This document shows, piece by piece, positions 12,956-26,284 of a stretch of 64,000 nucleotides of DNA. The position numbers were made by a program, and so were the translations under genes. The notes beneath the pieces were generated by a model. The model did not search any database, was not told the DNA's origin, and worked only from the letters and a program-made list of their open reading frames with translations. Origin of the DNA: Mobula hypostoma (taxonomy: Eukaryota); contig NC_086097.1 of NCBI RefSeq assembly GCF_963921235.1, positions 119,476,001 to 119,540,000 on the forward strand, written 5' to 3'. Position 1 is the first letter of the stretch. The number at the start of each line of letters is the position of its first letter.

Positions 12956-15165
12956 TGTGTCGTTCTGAGGTAGGGCGTGGTCGACAGTTTGCCCCTGCAT
13001 TTCTAATGACCAGTACTGTTTATTGTTCTTGTGTTAAAATGCTTTTGTGGGATTATGGTGGGAAGTAACAGGGGAGTGTGATGATCACCTCCCCCATCTG
13101 TGAGAGACTGCTTGGGTTCACTCCCCGGGTCATGGTGCCCTGTTCATTTTGCGTCTATCACAATAAAATGGTTGTTGAGTTAAAGAGCTTCCTCGTCTGT
13201 CATTATGGACCAAATGCTCGCCACATTGGTGTCAGGGGTGGGATGCCAGATCGACGATGAGATTGAAGAGCTATGAAGTCAGAAAGAGTGTCTTAAAACC
13301 CAGGGATTAGGACGAGGGACTGAGCAGTATGCCTCCCCTGTGACCACGGGCAGGGCTCGTGAAGATGAGACCCGGAGGTCAGTTGGCCCTGGATTGCCCT
13401 GCACCAGCACCATGCCACAGCTCAGAGCAGCCATCGGGAAACACCAAGTGGGCAGCACCGCCCGAGTTCTCCAGCAGAATCCCTCCATTGTCATCCCTTC
13501 GGGTGGGTCGTTTGGGTGAGGAGCAAGGCTTATATGTGACTGTGTGGTGGAGGGCACCAGATGCCGTGCGTTGGTAGATACAGGGTCAACATCACTATCA
13601 TCCGTCCCGGTGTCCTCCCCAACATGGACCAGCCATCCCCGCCTGGGTGGACAACAATGGCATCCAGCTGGCTACAGTCACCGGTGACTGTGCGGCGATG
13701 TGAGGGAAGAGGAGGCCGTGCATCACAGTGGGGAAAAACACAGTGGAGCACGAGGTGTGGCTCGTTGACATCCGAGAGTCCTGTATCATTGTCGTGGACC
13801 TGCTGTCCCGCTGGGCGGCCCGTGTGGATGTGTTGGGGGAACACTCTGCCTCGGTGCCAAAGCCCTGGCTCTCCAGCAGGGCAGCTGCAGGAAGCGGTCC
13901 CAGCGGGAGCCGCAACCACTGCCGGTTTTACAGCAGCCCGCGACGGTGTAGTACACCTGGCAGCGGCCCAACGCAACACCGCTGAATCATGTGCAAGTGA
14001 TACTGATGGCACTTCAGGTGACAGCCAGCGACGACCTCCCCACTATCGACCACGAGCAACTGCGCAGTGAACAGGTGAGCGATTCAGTGCTGGCCCAGCT
14101 GAGTGTGGGACGTGGCCAGAGTGGACAGAGGTCTCCGCCCTGGACCCGGAGACCAAGGCTCTATACTCGCAGTGGGGAACTCTGGGGGTACACGACAGGT
14201 TGCTGTTCAGGTGGTGACAGTTGTCTGATGGTGACAGAGTCCTGCAACTGGTAGTCCCCGGGGGCTCCGCGCCACGGTGCTGCGGTCAATGCACGGGCTG
14301 GTGGGGGCCAGATATCTCAGAGTGGCAAAGACATTGGGCAGGCTGCGTGAATGCTTCTACCGGCCTGGGTACAGGCAGGTCATGAAGCTGTTTGTGCACG
14401 GCTGCATTGCCTGCAAGTCCCAGAAGGAGCTGGGCTGCCAGTCTAGGATGCCAAGGCAACAGTATATGGTGGGGGCCCCAGAATGGGTCTACAGCCCTTC
14501 CCAGAAGAAGGGACTATCCACCAGGCTTGTAGCCACTGGAAGGGGCTGGGAGAGGAGCTCGACTGCATCTCCAATGTGGTATATCGGGTGCGGTTGCCTG
14601 AGCAGCAGAAGGCAGTCGTGCTGCACTGGGGCCGGTTGGCACCATGTCAGCCCTTGGCCACCACTAACCCGGCGAGGCTGAAAGAAGGAAGTGACACTCC
14701 AGGTGCCCTGCCTCTTGCATCTCACAAACAGGCGGCAGTGTCAACGTCCACCGGAACTTTTGGACCTTACTATGGACTCTGGGGTTGCCGGGGACGGCTG
14801 ACCCCTCCAGTGGAGGCAGTGTGACGCTCTGGGTGGGGCGTGGTCAGCAGCCCGCCCCTGCATTTCTAATGACCAGTACTGTTTATTGTTCTTGTGTTAA
14901 AATGCTTTTGTGGGATTATGGTGGGAAATTCCAGTTCATTTATTGTTACACTTTAGCTTGGGTTATACAGTTATTTGCTTGTGTATTTGTGGGTTACCCT
15001 AACTATAACCGGGGTGTGTGATTGTCACCATCCCCGTCGGTGTGAGACTGGTTGAGTTCACTCTCCGGGTCACGGTGCCCGGTCTGTTTTGTGTCTATCA
15101 CAATAAAACAGTTGTTGAGTTAAAGAGCTTCCTCACCTGTCATTATGGACCAAATGCTCTGCACA
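12956..15165 (+). mobile_element. Gypsy LTR retrotransposon derivative lacking RT/RNase H
   Basis: LTRs 12956-13225 and 14820-15165 (TG...CA); 4-bp TSD ATAT (12952-55, 15166-69); PBS TGGTGTCAGGGGTGGGAT (tRNA-Leu type, 13227-44); frameshifted protease (RALVDTGST), integrase Zn-finger (LRSMHG...KTLGRLRECFY...CIAC) and C-terminal remnants (HWKG...VVYRV...VLH.GRLAP). Confidence 0.92.
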
Positions 15166-16469
15166 ATATGTAACTTCACAATATATTCTAAAGAAAAGAT
15201 AGAGATGGTATCTATGAAACTTATGTTATTGGTCATGAGATAATATGGAAAGAAAAGGAACCAGGATTAGTATAATACAAACAAGGACATCAACATTTAC
15301 ACATGGGAATGTAAGCATTTTACCATATCAGCAAAAAGAATAGAAATCCACAAGAGAACTCCAGCATTTGAAAGAGGTGGTTTAATTTTGATGGTGAAAT
15401 TTTTAAGAGGATTATTGAAATCAGTTAGAAAATAAAACAAGATGTGGCTGAAATAATTTCTTGATCATTCATTGGAGTTTTGGTATGTTAGGGCATACAG
15501 AATTGGAGAAGAAAGAGGCCATAAAAGTCCCTTGAGCCAGTATCTACATTCACCAAATTCTTGACTCTTCTTCAGTCTCATCTCCACTGGTTTGCCTTAT
15601 CAGTGAGGCCCATGATTCCTTAATGGTCAAGAAAATAGCTGTCAGTATTAGATACATTCATGGGTTAGAGAAGACATACAGCCTACTGCAGTCAGAGAAT
15701 TCACAAGAGTCATTTTCCTGTGATGAAATTTATTTGTAATTTTTCATTTCTCCTATATTCCCTGTAATAAATCTCATATAATTTCAGATAACATATAGCA
15801 TTTGTCTTCCTAATTGTTGACAAATCTGCAACTAACTCTCTGTGATTAATTTGCAAATTGACCTGTAAATCATTTTTGCTAGCTGTGAAAGTATGTTTGC
15901 GTTTTGTTCTGGCTCACAGGCTGATATTTCCACTTCAGGCACAGTCGGATAAAAATAATGATGAATGTTACAGGTATCCACTTATTATTGGCCAAAATAA
16001 TCAAAGAAAATATTAATAGCAGGAAAACATTATTTACATTGCTGTGATGTGCCATTAATATCAATGCTCTGTCAGAACCACACTGTATTCATGCAAATAT
16101 CGACTATTTATTGCCTTCCATGACTGCTGCCTGACTTACTGAGTTCCTCCAGCATTTTGTATTTGTACCATTGCATTCTTGTTGCTCAAATTTGTGCAAG
16201 CAATGGGGGGCGGGGGGGGAGGGCTTTATTTTAAGAATAAAGAGAGCATGTTCTAATGTGTCAGTTATTAGAGAACAGGACTGTTTCAGATCTTCTGGAG
16301 TTTTATCAACTGTCAATCTGTGGAATGTAATAGATGTTGTTATGACTTCCCTCTAAGTCTCAGCACGGGGTTTCAAATAGAATGGAAAATTTCATCAGGA
16401 ATCCACCATAAATATGCAGAGACACCGCACCCAAGCCCATGGTCAAGTAGTCAGCCCCAGAAGAGTTGG

Positions 16470-16578
16470 TGCTGTTGAAGCGTCTCGGCTCGAAACATTG
16501 AGTGTTCACTCTTTTCCATAGATGCTGCCTGGTCTGCTGAGTTCCTCCAGCATTTTGTGTGTGTTGCTTTGGATTTCA
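16470..16578 (+). mobile_element. Penelope-like terminal fragment with degenerate hammerhead motif
   Basis: CTGTTGA-agcgtctcggctc-GAAAC followed by ATAGATGCTGCCTGG...GAGTTCCTCCAGCATTTTGTGTG, the end shared with 35135-35240 and 55690-55830. Confidence 0.7.
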
Positions 16579-17298
16579 AAATTCAAGATTCACATTTATT
16601 TGTCAAGTGTACATCAAAAAGTACAGGGAACAACCAGCACACACCAGGATGTGCTGTGATCAGCCCACAATGCACAGCAGTACGACCCACAGAGCACAAC
16701 AAAACAGAGTGTTGTGACATTTGTTGATAACTTCACTCACCAGAACTCTACTGCCCCCGGGGCAGTACGTATGTATAAAACTATGCAGTGAGTTGAAAAC
16801 TTCCTCAAATTTACACAAGTTGGAAGCTACCTTCAAGGTTTTAATGAGGTCTTCCTTGTGAAAAGATATTGCTGTTTTAAGTGCAGGTAATGAGAGGATG
16901 GAGATGGATGTCTTTCCACTGTATGCTTCAAACTGAATCCAAATCAACCCATACAGGAAATAATATAAAAAAAAACAGCTTACATACAGCCAGTGATGTT
17001 CATACAAAGTGAACAGCACCTCGAGAGGCCAGAACACTCCCCTCCTGGCATTCATAGGATGGTAAAGTAACTACTAAAAGAAAAGGTCAAAAGATCATTT
17101 CATTAAGTCTTTGTCAAAAGAAGGACAGTCTCAGAGACTGGCCTTGAAAACAGTCTTATTGCAGTCATTAACTGTTCTCACTTAGAAAATGCTGGCCTTG
17201 GTGGCTTTCCTGGTGAGAATCAGCAAGGATCTGTTGGGCTAGTTAACCATGAAGAGGTTCCACATCAATTGTTAGAACAACAGCACTGAGTTCAAGCC

Positions 17299-17864
17299 GT
17301 GGTCATGGTCATGGTCATAGTCATAGTCATAGTCATAGTCATAGTCATACTTTATTGATCCCAGGGGAAATTGGTTTTCATTACAGTTGCACAATAAATA
17401 ATAAATAGTAATAGAACCATAAATACTTAAATAGTAATATGTAAATTATGCCAGTAAATTTACATTGCTGTGATGTGCCATTAATATGAATGTTCTGTCA
17501 GGAACACACTGTATTCATGCAAATATCGACTGTTTATTGCCTTCCAGGACCAGCCTATTGGCTCAGGGTGTCTGACCCTCCAAGGGAGGAGTTGTAAAGT
17601 TTGATGGCCACAGGCAGGAATGACTTCCTATGACGCTCTTGCTGCATCTCGGTGGAATGAGTTTCTGGCTGAATGTACTCCTGTGTCCACTCAGTACATT
17701 ATGTAGTGGATGGGAGACATTGACCAAGATGGCATGCAACTTAGACAGCGTCCTCTTTCCAGACACCACCGTGACAGAGTCCAGTTCCATCCCCACAACA
17801 TCACTGGCCTTACGAATGAGTTTGTTGATTCTGTTGGTGTCTGCTACCCTCAGCCTGCTGCCAG
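17299..17864 (-). mobile_element. Rex1/Babar LINE 3' fragment with (TCATAG)n tail
   Basis: RTLSKLHAILVNVSHPLHNVL...SQKLIPPRC; microsatellite tail 17301-17349; nested in BEL. Confidence 0.9.
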
Positions 17865-18092
17865 TATTGTGAGATCTAGTTTGAGAGCAAGCCTGGCATT
17901 ACACAGGATGCATCCGGCTTCACTATATCCAGCAGAATCTCTGACCTTCAGGCATGCAACAACAACAATAGCTTAGTTGACACACCACAGAAGATACAGG
18001 CCTTTTACTTTTGAGCCGCAGAAAGCGGAATTGTGTAATTTCTTGGAATCTTTAAACCTTTGAGATCCCAAAGGGAAGAACACCATCACTGC

Positions 18093-21000
18093 TGTTACGT
18101 ACCCCGTAACTGGGTTGCCAAACCAGTAGAAATGGATCACTCAGTTGGAGTCTGGACTACTGGAACTAAGAAAGTTTTATTAAAGAAACAAGCAACACAG
18201 TACTCTAATCAAAAGGGTAATGAATACAACAGTTCAGCAATGATAAACACACATGTACACAGAAACTAGGATAATAGGATCAATCAAGCTCTATCGTCGT
18301 CTAGGGGTAAATGACCAGTTTCAAAGTGACGCAAAGTTCAGTTCAATTGAGTTCAGTTCAGTTCACAGTAATTACTGCGGTGGTGATGGACGGTGGGGGG
18401 TGGGGGGGGAGGAGAGAGAGAGCAAAAGCGAATGAATATTCAAACGGCTTCCACACAGACCTTTGATATTCTTTGCAGTCAGCTTTCGGGTGAGCCCTTT
18501 GTAATGTCTTCTGAGGTCACCGACTGTGACCCCTCCGTTTCCAGATACGATCGTTTCTCTGCGGTGAACCTGGCACCCAGGCAAGGGCGGACACACACCA
18601 GGTTCCCGCCAATCGTACCTTTCCACCCTGTGCGTCTATGGCTTGGTCCCGCGATCAGCCCTTCAAAACTCCCACCGACTTGTGGGAGGCGCACCGCTTC
18701 CAGGGTCTCGTTACCTCGTGGTGTCGTGTGTCTTGCCTTAGTGAACCTGTCCCTTTTTATCCCCCTGCTGTGGTATCGCCTGTCCATCACTTCAAGCAGT
18801 TCAGGGTTCAAAGGGGAAGCCGATCTTGACAGCTCTCCTTCCGTTAAACTCTCCCGTCCCTTCATTACCATCTCCAAATGCTGCTCCATTGTTTTCCTTA
18901 TCTCTCTTTCTCCTGAAGACAGGTGGCAGACCAACTGCTGATCCCACTGGTGCCAGCACAGGACAGCTAACATCTTAATCTATGTGTACTCTCGTCACAC
19001 CCCTCACCTTTAAGGATTTTTACCAGGGTAAAAATTACAAACATGAATACATTATTTGCTACACACAAATATACATCTTTATCAGCTATTTGGCTAATAC
19101 AGCGAATTTTATGTTGTCAACACCTGACAGACAGTCAGCAATCACATTTTCTGTTCCTTTTATATGTGTTATTAATAATCTCTTAGACCAGGCTCCAACT
19201 TAACAAACTTCATAGTAGCCGAAAACACTGATGAATTGCGATCAATGTAACCTCTCATTGGGTTTCGTCCCGGACCACAATAACAAGGGTCGTCCCATCC
19301 CGACTTAGTTTTCGCTCGCAAGGGCTTAGTAGGAGGGGAAGGGGTAGTAACCGCAGAGTTATTGCAAAACTTCCTGCAGTACCCCACCATCTCCAAGAGC
19401 CTTCTGAGGGCCCTCTTGTCTGTTAGGGTTGGGATGTCAGAGATAGCCCGCACTTTAGCTTGCATCGCTGCCAGCTGCCCCTGTGTCACCACAATTCCCA
19501 GGTAAGTGACCTTCGTGTGGCCGAACTCATTTTTTTCAAGGTTCACTATCAAGCTGGTTTCAGACAGCCGTATTACATCGCTAATACACACCTCTGTGTT
19601 CGTCAGCCCTTCCGTCACTGAATTGCTCATTCTATAGGGCTGTTGCTCACTAGGCTGACTTAGCGTAACAAACACCACCCAACGTCCCAGTTCTTTGCAT
19701 CGCCTCGGGGCAATCAAACACGCGTGTGCAAGCCGTTTAATTACTTCTCCTAAACAGTCGCTTTGTTCGGGGATTAAGGGAGAGACCTTATCAGCAGAGC
19801 TGGCCAAAGCAATAGCCTTCTCCCATCTGGTCGATACCATACTCATCTTTTCAAAATGGTTCTTTTTTCTTATCAGGGGACCCTAGCTTCATTGATTTCT
19901 GCGCTAACACTGACTAGGTTCGTTAGCATATCAAAAGCCTGTGACCGTCTCAGTTCGCGTCTGCCATAATCAATAACATCCTTCCTCCTGGGCAGCCGGT
20001 AAACCTCTTTCATGATTCCACCAACTGTTTCCTCCAGCACCTCAAAATGTCCACCGAGGGGTACCTTGTGGGCCAGGTTAAAAATCTAATCCCCAGAGAT
20101 TTTTGGCACCATCCCCCATTCCTCATCTGCAGTACTTGGTCTCCCTTCCTTCCTTAGCACTTCCTCCTCCACACAATAGCCTACTGGCTCCCTTCTTAAT
20201 TCTGCGTCAGAGAGAGCTCTCTCCGCCCAAACCATCAGCCCCTCGTCTCGCTCCGGCGCCTGCACAAATTCCTTCCTGGCTAATGCTAAGTCTGTCTCAG
20301 CTCCCTCACTACCTCTTGTTTCACTACACTCCTTCTTTTCATTTTCTACCTCCTCCTGGTACGTCTCAGCTAAATTTATTTCGGCAGTCCCGTGATGAAC
20401 CTGTGAGTCCATGGGCGGGGCCTCAATGCTGGCAGGATGACCTGTCAATCTCACGGCTGGGAACACGATTCCCGCAGCGAGGTCATTACCGAGCAAGACT
20501 TCCACGCCTTTCATTGGTAATTCGGGCCTCACCCCGATCGTGACTAGTCCAGAGACCAAGTTGCTTTGTAGGTGTATCTGGTGCAAAGGGACTGACTCTG
20601 TCCCTTCCCCAACACCTTTGACCCTGACCTGCCCAGTCTGGGTCTCTGAGCTAAACTCTAATACACTCTTCAGTATTAGTGACTGACACGCTCCCGTGTC
20701 TCTCCAGATCCGCACTGGAACTGGGTTTAATCCCTCCTTCACTGACACCAATCCGGCCGAGATAAACCTCTTGCGCCCTTCCTGAACTTTGGCAGACCTG
20801 TCCTCTCCTAGCGGTTCATTTACCAGCTCGATACAGCCAGTCAAAATCGCCATTTTTCCTTTTCCCGTCTCCTTCTTTGGGGCAAAGCACCTGGACGCAA
20901 AGTGTCCGACTTTCCCACAATTATAACAGACGACCCCAGGAGACTTCCTACCAGACTGCTCCCGGTCTACCTTATCCTTCTCACTAGTCCCCGGCTTACT

Positions 21001-22651
21001 TTCTGACATTTCTGGCGGACTCTCCCCGCCGTCCTGACTACCCTTCTAGTAGCCTTTACTCGGGGCAAACTTCATTTTATGCGTCAACGCATACTCATCC
21101 GCTAACTTAGCAGTTGCGGCTAATGTGGCTGCCTCTTTCTCATCTAGGTAGAGTCTCATACCCTCAGGGACACAACCTTTAAACTGCTCAATCAGGATCA
21201 GCTGTAGCAGTCTGTCATAATCGCTCCAACTGCCTTTCTCTCTCTTGCCTTTGTAACTGTCTCTCTCTCTCCTGCCTTTCTAACTCTCTCTCTCTCTCCT
21301 GCCTTTCTAACTCTCTCTCTCTCTCCTGCCTTTCTAACTGCTTCTCTTCGTGTTCTAACTGCCGTACCCGGAACTCGTGCTCGAGTCTCAGTTTTTCAAG
21401 CTGCACCTGTACCGCGTCTCCAGCAGGTTTTTCAATAGACACCACCTCCAGCTCCCTTTGGGGAAACACACCTTTAGATCCATAGTGCTCTACGATAGCT
21501 CTGTGTATCTCCTCTATCCTCATTGCTGACTTCCCCTTAACAAGATTCACCCGTTTGGCCACAGCTATCAATTCCGATTTCCTGGCATCCTCTAATGCCT
21601 CCAAGGTCGGCGCCCTTAGAAATTCCTCAATCTCCATTTCTGCTGTTTGTCTTTTCTTTCTTTCGGGAATTTTAACCCAATCAATTTACTCCGTCCCAAA
21701 TTTAGCGTTCAAAATCACGGATGAGAACCCCACTTATGTTACGTACCCCGTAACTGGGTTGCCAAACCAGCAGAAATGGATCACTCAGTTGGAGTCTGGA
21801 TTACTGGAACTAAGAAAGTTTTATTAAAGAAACAAGCAACACAGAACTCTAATCAAAAGGATAATGAATACAACAGTTCAGCAATGATAAACACACATGT
21901 ACACAGAAACTAGGATAATAGGATCAATCAAGCTCTATCATCGTCTAGGGGTAAATGACTAGTTTCAAAGTAACGCAAAGTTCAGTTCAATTGAGTTCAG
22001 TTCAGTTCACAGTAATCACTGCCGTGGTGATGGACGGTGGGGGCGGGGGGGGAGGTGGGGGAGGAGAGAGAGAGCAAAAGCGAATGAATATTCAAACGGC
22101 TTCCACACAGACCTTCGATATTCTTCGCAGTCAGCTTTCAGGTGAGTCCTTTGTAATGTCTTCTGAGGTCACCGACTGTGACCCCTCCGTTTCCAGATAC
22201 GATCGTTTCTCTGCAGTGAACCTGGCACCCAGGCAAGGGCGGACACACACCAGGTTCCCGCTGATCGTGCCTTTCCACCCTGTGCGTCTATGGCTTGGTC
22301 CCGCGATCAGCCCTTCAAAACTCCCACCGACTTGTGGGAGGCGCACCGCTTCCAGGGTCTCGTTACCTCGTGGTGTCGTGTGTCTTGCCTTAGCGAACCT
22401 GTCCCTTTTTATCCCCCTGCTGGGGTATCGCCTGTCCATCACTTCAAGCAGTTCAGGGTTCAAAGGGGAAGCCGATCTTGACAGCTCTCCTTCCGTTAAA
22501 CTCTCCCGTCCCTTCATTACCATCTCCAAATGCTGCTCCATTGTTTTCCTTATCTCTCTTTCTCCTGAAGACAGGTGGCAGACCAACTGCTGATCCCACT
22601 GGTGCCAGCACAGGACAGCTAACATCTTAATCTATGTGTACTCTCGTCACA
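18093..22651 (-). mobile_element. Gmr1-like Gypsy LTR element, internally deleted, recently inserted
   Basis: LTRs 18093-18999 and 21737-22651 differ by about 20 substitutions and one G-tract indel; 4-bp TSD CTGC; PBS TGGGGTTCTCATCCGTGAT (tRNA-Pro type, 21732-21714); PPT AAGGTGAGGGG; gag ORF 21637-21215, SCAN-like remnant, CYNCGKVGHFASRC knuckle, protease RDTGA (ORF 21009-20086), integrase N-terminus, then RT remnant (19846-19172). Confidence 0.95.
21230..21345 (-). repeat. 27-bp tandem repeat encoding (ERQEREREL)n coiled coil in Gag
   Basis: About 4 copies of ctgcctttctaactctctctctctctc. Confidence 0.85.
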
Positions 22652-22834
22652 CTGCCACTACTCATGTTTTTCTTAAGGGAATGGGACATTCCACCCCCAA
22701 ATGTCCATGGTCAGCTCTTTTAACATTAAGTGTCCCTGGATACTGACTGGAGCAGCAAAACCAAGAGGCTCAAACAGGGTGCTGATAGTCCATAGCACAC
22801 CACTATTCATAAAGGGTCTTTTGGTATCAGCGAT

Positions 22835-23207
22835 GGGTATTGGAGTAAATGAGGTGTAAAGTGATACTCCCCTCCACTAACCTGCAGATCACCCTTGGAC
22901 AAGGTGTAGCACCTGCTTAGCCCTTCTGATCAAGATCACATGAAGCTATGGGAGCAGATGGTGGATGGTCTTATGAGCAGCTGGTGCCTATCACAAATCC
23001 TGGTTATGCGACCACTCACGCCAGGCAGACAGTCTCTGAAAGTAGTGATAATAGCTGGGGTCACCCATCTTGTAAAGACATTGCCCAAAAGAAAGAAATG
23101 GCAAACTACTTCCATAGAAAACTTTGCCAAGAACAATCGTGGTCACGGACAGATGGAAGATCATCATCGGCCATGTAATAAGACATGACACATAATGACG
23201 TTGATGA
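22835..23207 (+). mobile_element. Short non-autonomous RTE/BovB-related retroposon
   Basis: 13-bp TSD tggtatcagcgat/tggtatcaatgat; Bov-A-like AAATGGCAAACTACTTCC...TTGCCAAGAA motif; (GAT)n tail; splits BEL pol. Confidence 0.75.
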
Positions 23208-23639
23208 TGGTATCAATGATTTAGGAAGGTAAAGGTGTTGTTAATGAGGTCCATTCAAGATCCAGACAGTGTTGCACTGATGGAAGGTATTGTTCAACAT
23301 CAAGATTCTGTAGACCTTTAGCCAGATCTTCAGATGGAAAACATCACATAATCTCAACACTGTTGGAGGCGATTCATGCAGTCTCAGATTAGACTGCGGC
23401 AACATTTCTTGCACTGCTTTCAACATCCTGACTGCTTCTTCTGCACTGGAAAATGATTTAAGACCATCATCAACACAGAAATGTCTTTCTACATACCTCT
23501 GCGCTTTAGTCCTGAATTCATTCTCCCCCTCAATAGCTGTCCTCTCGTGGCCTTAGATTACTACAGTTGGCGAGACGCAGTTACCAGATAAACAGACTCT
23601 CATGTGGTACTCCAGAATTTCATTGTCCATTTGGTGGCC

Positions 23640-25521
23640 ATGAAGGAGCTTAAGAAGGAGCTGAGAAGAGCAAGAAGGGGGCATGAGAAGGCCTTGGCGA
23701 GTAGGGTAAAGGAAAACCCCAAGGCATTCTTCAATTATGTGAAGAAGAAAAGGATGACAGGAGTGAAGGTAGGACCGAACAGAGATAAAGGTGGGAAGAC
23801 GTGCCTGGAGGCTGTGGAAGTGAGCGAGGTCCTCAATGAATACTTCTCTTCGGTATTCACCAATGAGAGGGAACTTGATGATGGTGAGGACAAGATGAGT
23901 AAGGTTGATGATCTGGAGCATGTTGATATTAAAGGAGAGGAGGTGTTAGAGTTGTTAAAATACATTAGGACAGATAAGTCTCCGGGGCCTGACGGAATAT
24001 TCCCCAGGCTGCTCCACAAGGCGAGAGAAGAGATTGCTGAGCCTCTGGCTAGGATCTTTTTGTCCTCTTTTTGTCCACGGGAATGGTACCAGAGGATTGG
24101 AGGGAGGCGAATGTTGTCTCCTTGTTCAAAAAAGGTAGTAGGGATAGTCCAGGTAATTATAGACCACTGAGCCTTACGTCTGTGGTGGGAAAGCTGTTGG
24201 AAAAGATTCTTAGAGATAGGATCTATAGGCATTTAGAGAATCGTGGTCTGATCAGGGCCAGTCAGCATGGCTTTGTGAAGGGCAGATCGTGTCTAACAAG
24301 CCTGATAGAGTTCTTTGGGGAGGTGACCAGGCATATAAATGAGGGTAGTGCAGTGGATGTGATCTATATGGATTTTAGTAAGGCATTTGACAAGGTTCCA
24401 CATGGTAGGCTTATTCAGAAAGTTAGAAGGCATGGGATCCAGGGAAGTTTGGCCAGGTGGATTCAGAATTGGCTTGCCTGCAGAAGGCAGAGGGTGGTGG
24501 TGGAGGGAGTACATTCAGATTGGAGGATTGTGACTAGTGGTGTCCCACAAGGATCTGTTCTGGGACCTTTACTTTTCATGATTTTTATTAACAACCTGGA
24601 TGTGGGGGTAGAAGGGTGGGTTGGCAAGTTTGCAGACGACACAAAGTTTGGTGGTGTTGTAGATAGTGTAGAGGATTGTAAAAGATTGCAGAGAGACATT
24701 GATAGGATGCAAAAGTGGGCTGAGAAGTGGCAGATGGAGTTCAACCCAGAGAAGTGTGAGGTGGTACACTTTGGAAGGATAAACTCCGAGGCAGAGTACA
24801 AAGTAAATGGCAGGATACTTGGTAGTGTGGAGGAGCGGAGGGATCTGGGGGTACATGTCCACAGATCCCTGAAAGTTGCCTCACAGGTGGATAGGGTAGT
24901 TAAGAAAACTTATGGGGTGTTAGCTTTCATAAGTCAAGGGATAGAGTTTAAGAGTCGTGATGTAATGATGTGGCTCTATAAAACTCTGGTTAGGCCACAC
25001 TTGGAGTACTGTGTCCAGTTCTGGTCACCTCACTATAGGAAGGATGTGGAAGCATTGGAAAGGGTACAGAGGAGATTTACCAGGATGCTGCCTGGTTTAG
25101 AAAGTCTGCATTATGATCAGAGATTAAGGGAGCTAGGGCTTTCCTCTTTGGAGAGAAAGAGGATGAGAGGAGACACGATAGAGGTGTACAAGATAATAAG
25201 AGGAATAGATAGAGTGGATAGCCAGCGCCTCTTCCCCAGGGCACCACTGCTCAATACAAGAGGACATGGCTTTAAGGTAAGGGGTGGGAAGTTCAAGGGG
25301 GATATTAAAGGAAGGTTTTTTACTCAGAGAGTGGTTGGTGCGTGGAATGCACTGCCTGAGTCAGTGGTGGAGACAGATACACTAGTGAAGTTTAAGAGAC
25401 TACTAGACAGGTATATGGAGGAATTTAAGGTGGGGGCTTATATGGGAGGCAGGGTTTGAGGGTCGGCACAACATTGTGGGATAAAGGGCCTGTACTGTGC
25501 TGTACTATTCTATGTTCTATG
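23640..25521 (+). mobile_element. CR1 LINE, 5'-truncated, with RT ORF 24071-25459
   Basis: Complete RT domain (PQGSVLGP, FADD); one upstream frameshift; (TTCTATG)n tail; nested in BEL RT. Confidence 0.97.
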
Positions 25522-26284
25522 AAACTACAAGAAAATGAAGTAGTTTCAATGATTCACTCTCACTAGGAAACTGTTTGATGTCTGCCATCACTGTGATGGA
25601 CTCAGTTCTGAAGCACACGATGACCCCAAGGACACTGTTATTAAGGTCTGAATCCCACAACAGCGCATCGTTGAGTGATTCACCTTTGAACCAAACACAA
25701 TTCGTATTTGTGTCATTTTATGGGACAATAAACACCGGAATTGGGCAAATAACAGTGTTGTTCGTTGGGATATGGTAAAAGTGCTAACTCAGCGTCATTG
25801 TTTCTGAAGACCCTCGCCACAATTTCATGTAATGATCCTTCATTTTTGTTTTCCTTCTCAATGTGTATCTGAGGAAGATGAGTCAACTGAGGGCTTTCTC
25901 TCTGTTGTTTGGTAGGAGTTGTCATGGAGAGCAGAAATGAAGGGGAGTTACCTAACTGTTTGATACATCTTTGATAAACACTTTGTTCAAGTTTCGAAAG
26001 AGGACCTCATCTTCGATGTAAAGTGCCAGTTTATGATCATCTTCTGATTCACAGAAGATCAGCTTGCCTAAGTCTGGTTGGGCAGAGGTATGTATATCAG
26101 GGTGCTTGGTTTGCTTACCTACAATCTTCTCTTTCATACAAATTCTATTTTCACAGGGTCTGAAATGACTTGGGTACACACTCTCCAGGACTTTTATCTT
26201 AAATGTGCTGACAGTGATCGGATGAGCACCATCATGTAGACTTCACCCACTATGACCCAACTCAGTTCCAGTCATTGGGCATCT

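Noticed and set aside
16225..16470. Additional pseudo-exon(s), also 15860-16100
   Set aside because: Coding-like, but splice sites and frame could not be fixed because of flanking insertions; left out of the model.
16660..17055. 131-aa hydrophobic ORF
   Set aside because: It coincides with the BEL 3' LTR, and the 5' LTR copy has stops in this frame.
17301..17349. CRISPR-like or satellite array
   Set aside because: Simple (TCATAG)n Rex1 tail; no spacer-repeat structure anywhere in this eukaryotic window.
18393..18973. 164-212 aa ORFs on both strands, present in both Gypsy LTRs
   Set aside because: Conservation is explained by near-identical LTRs; no recognisable domain and non-ATG starts.
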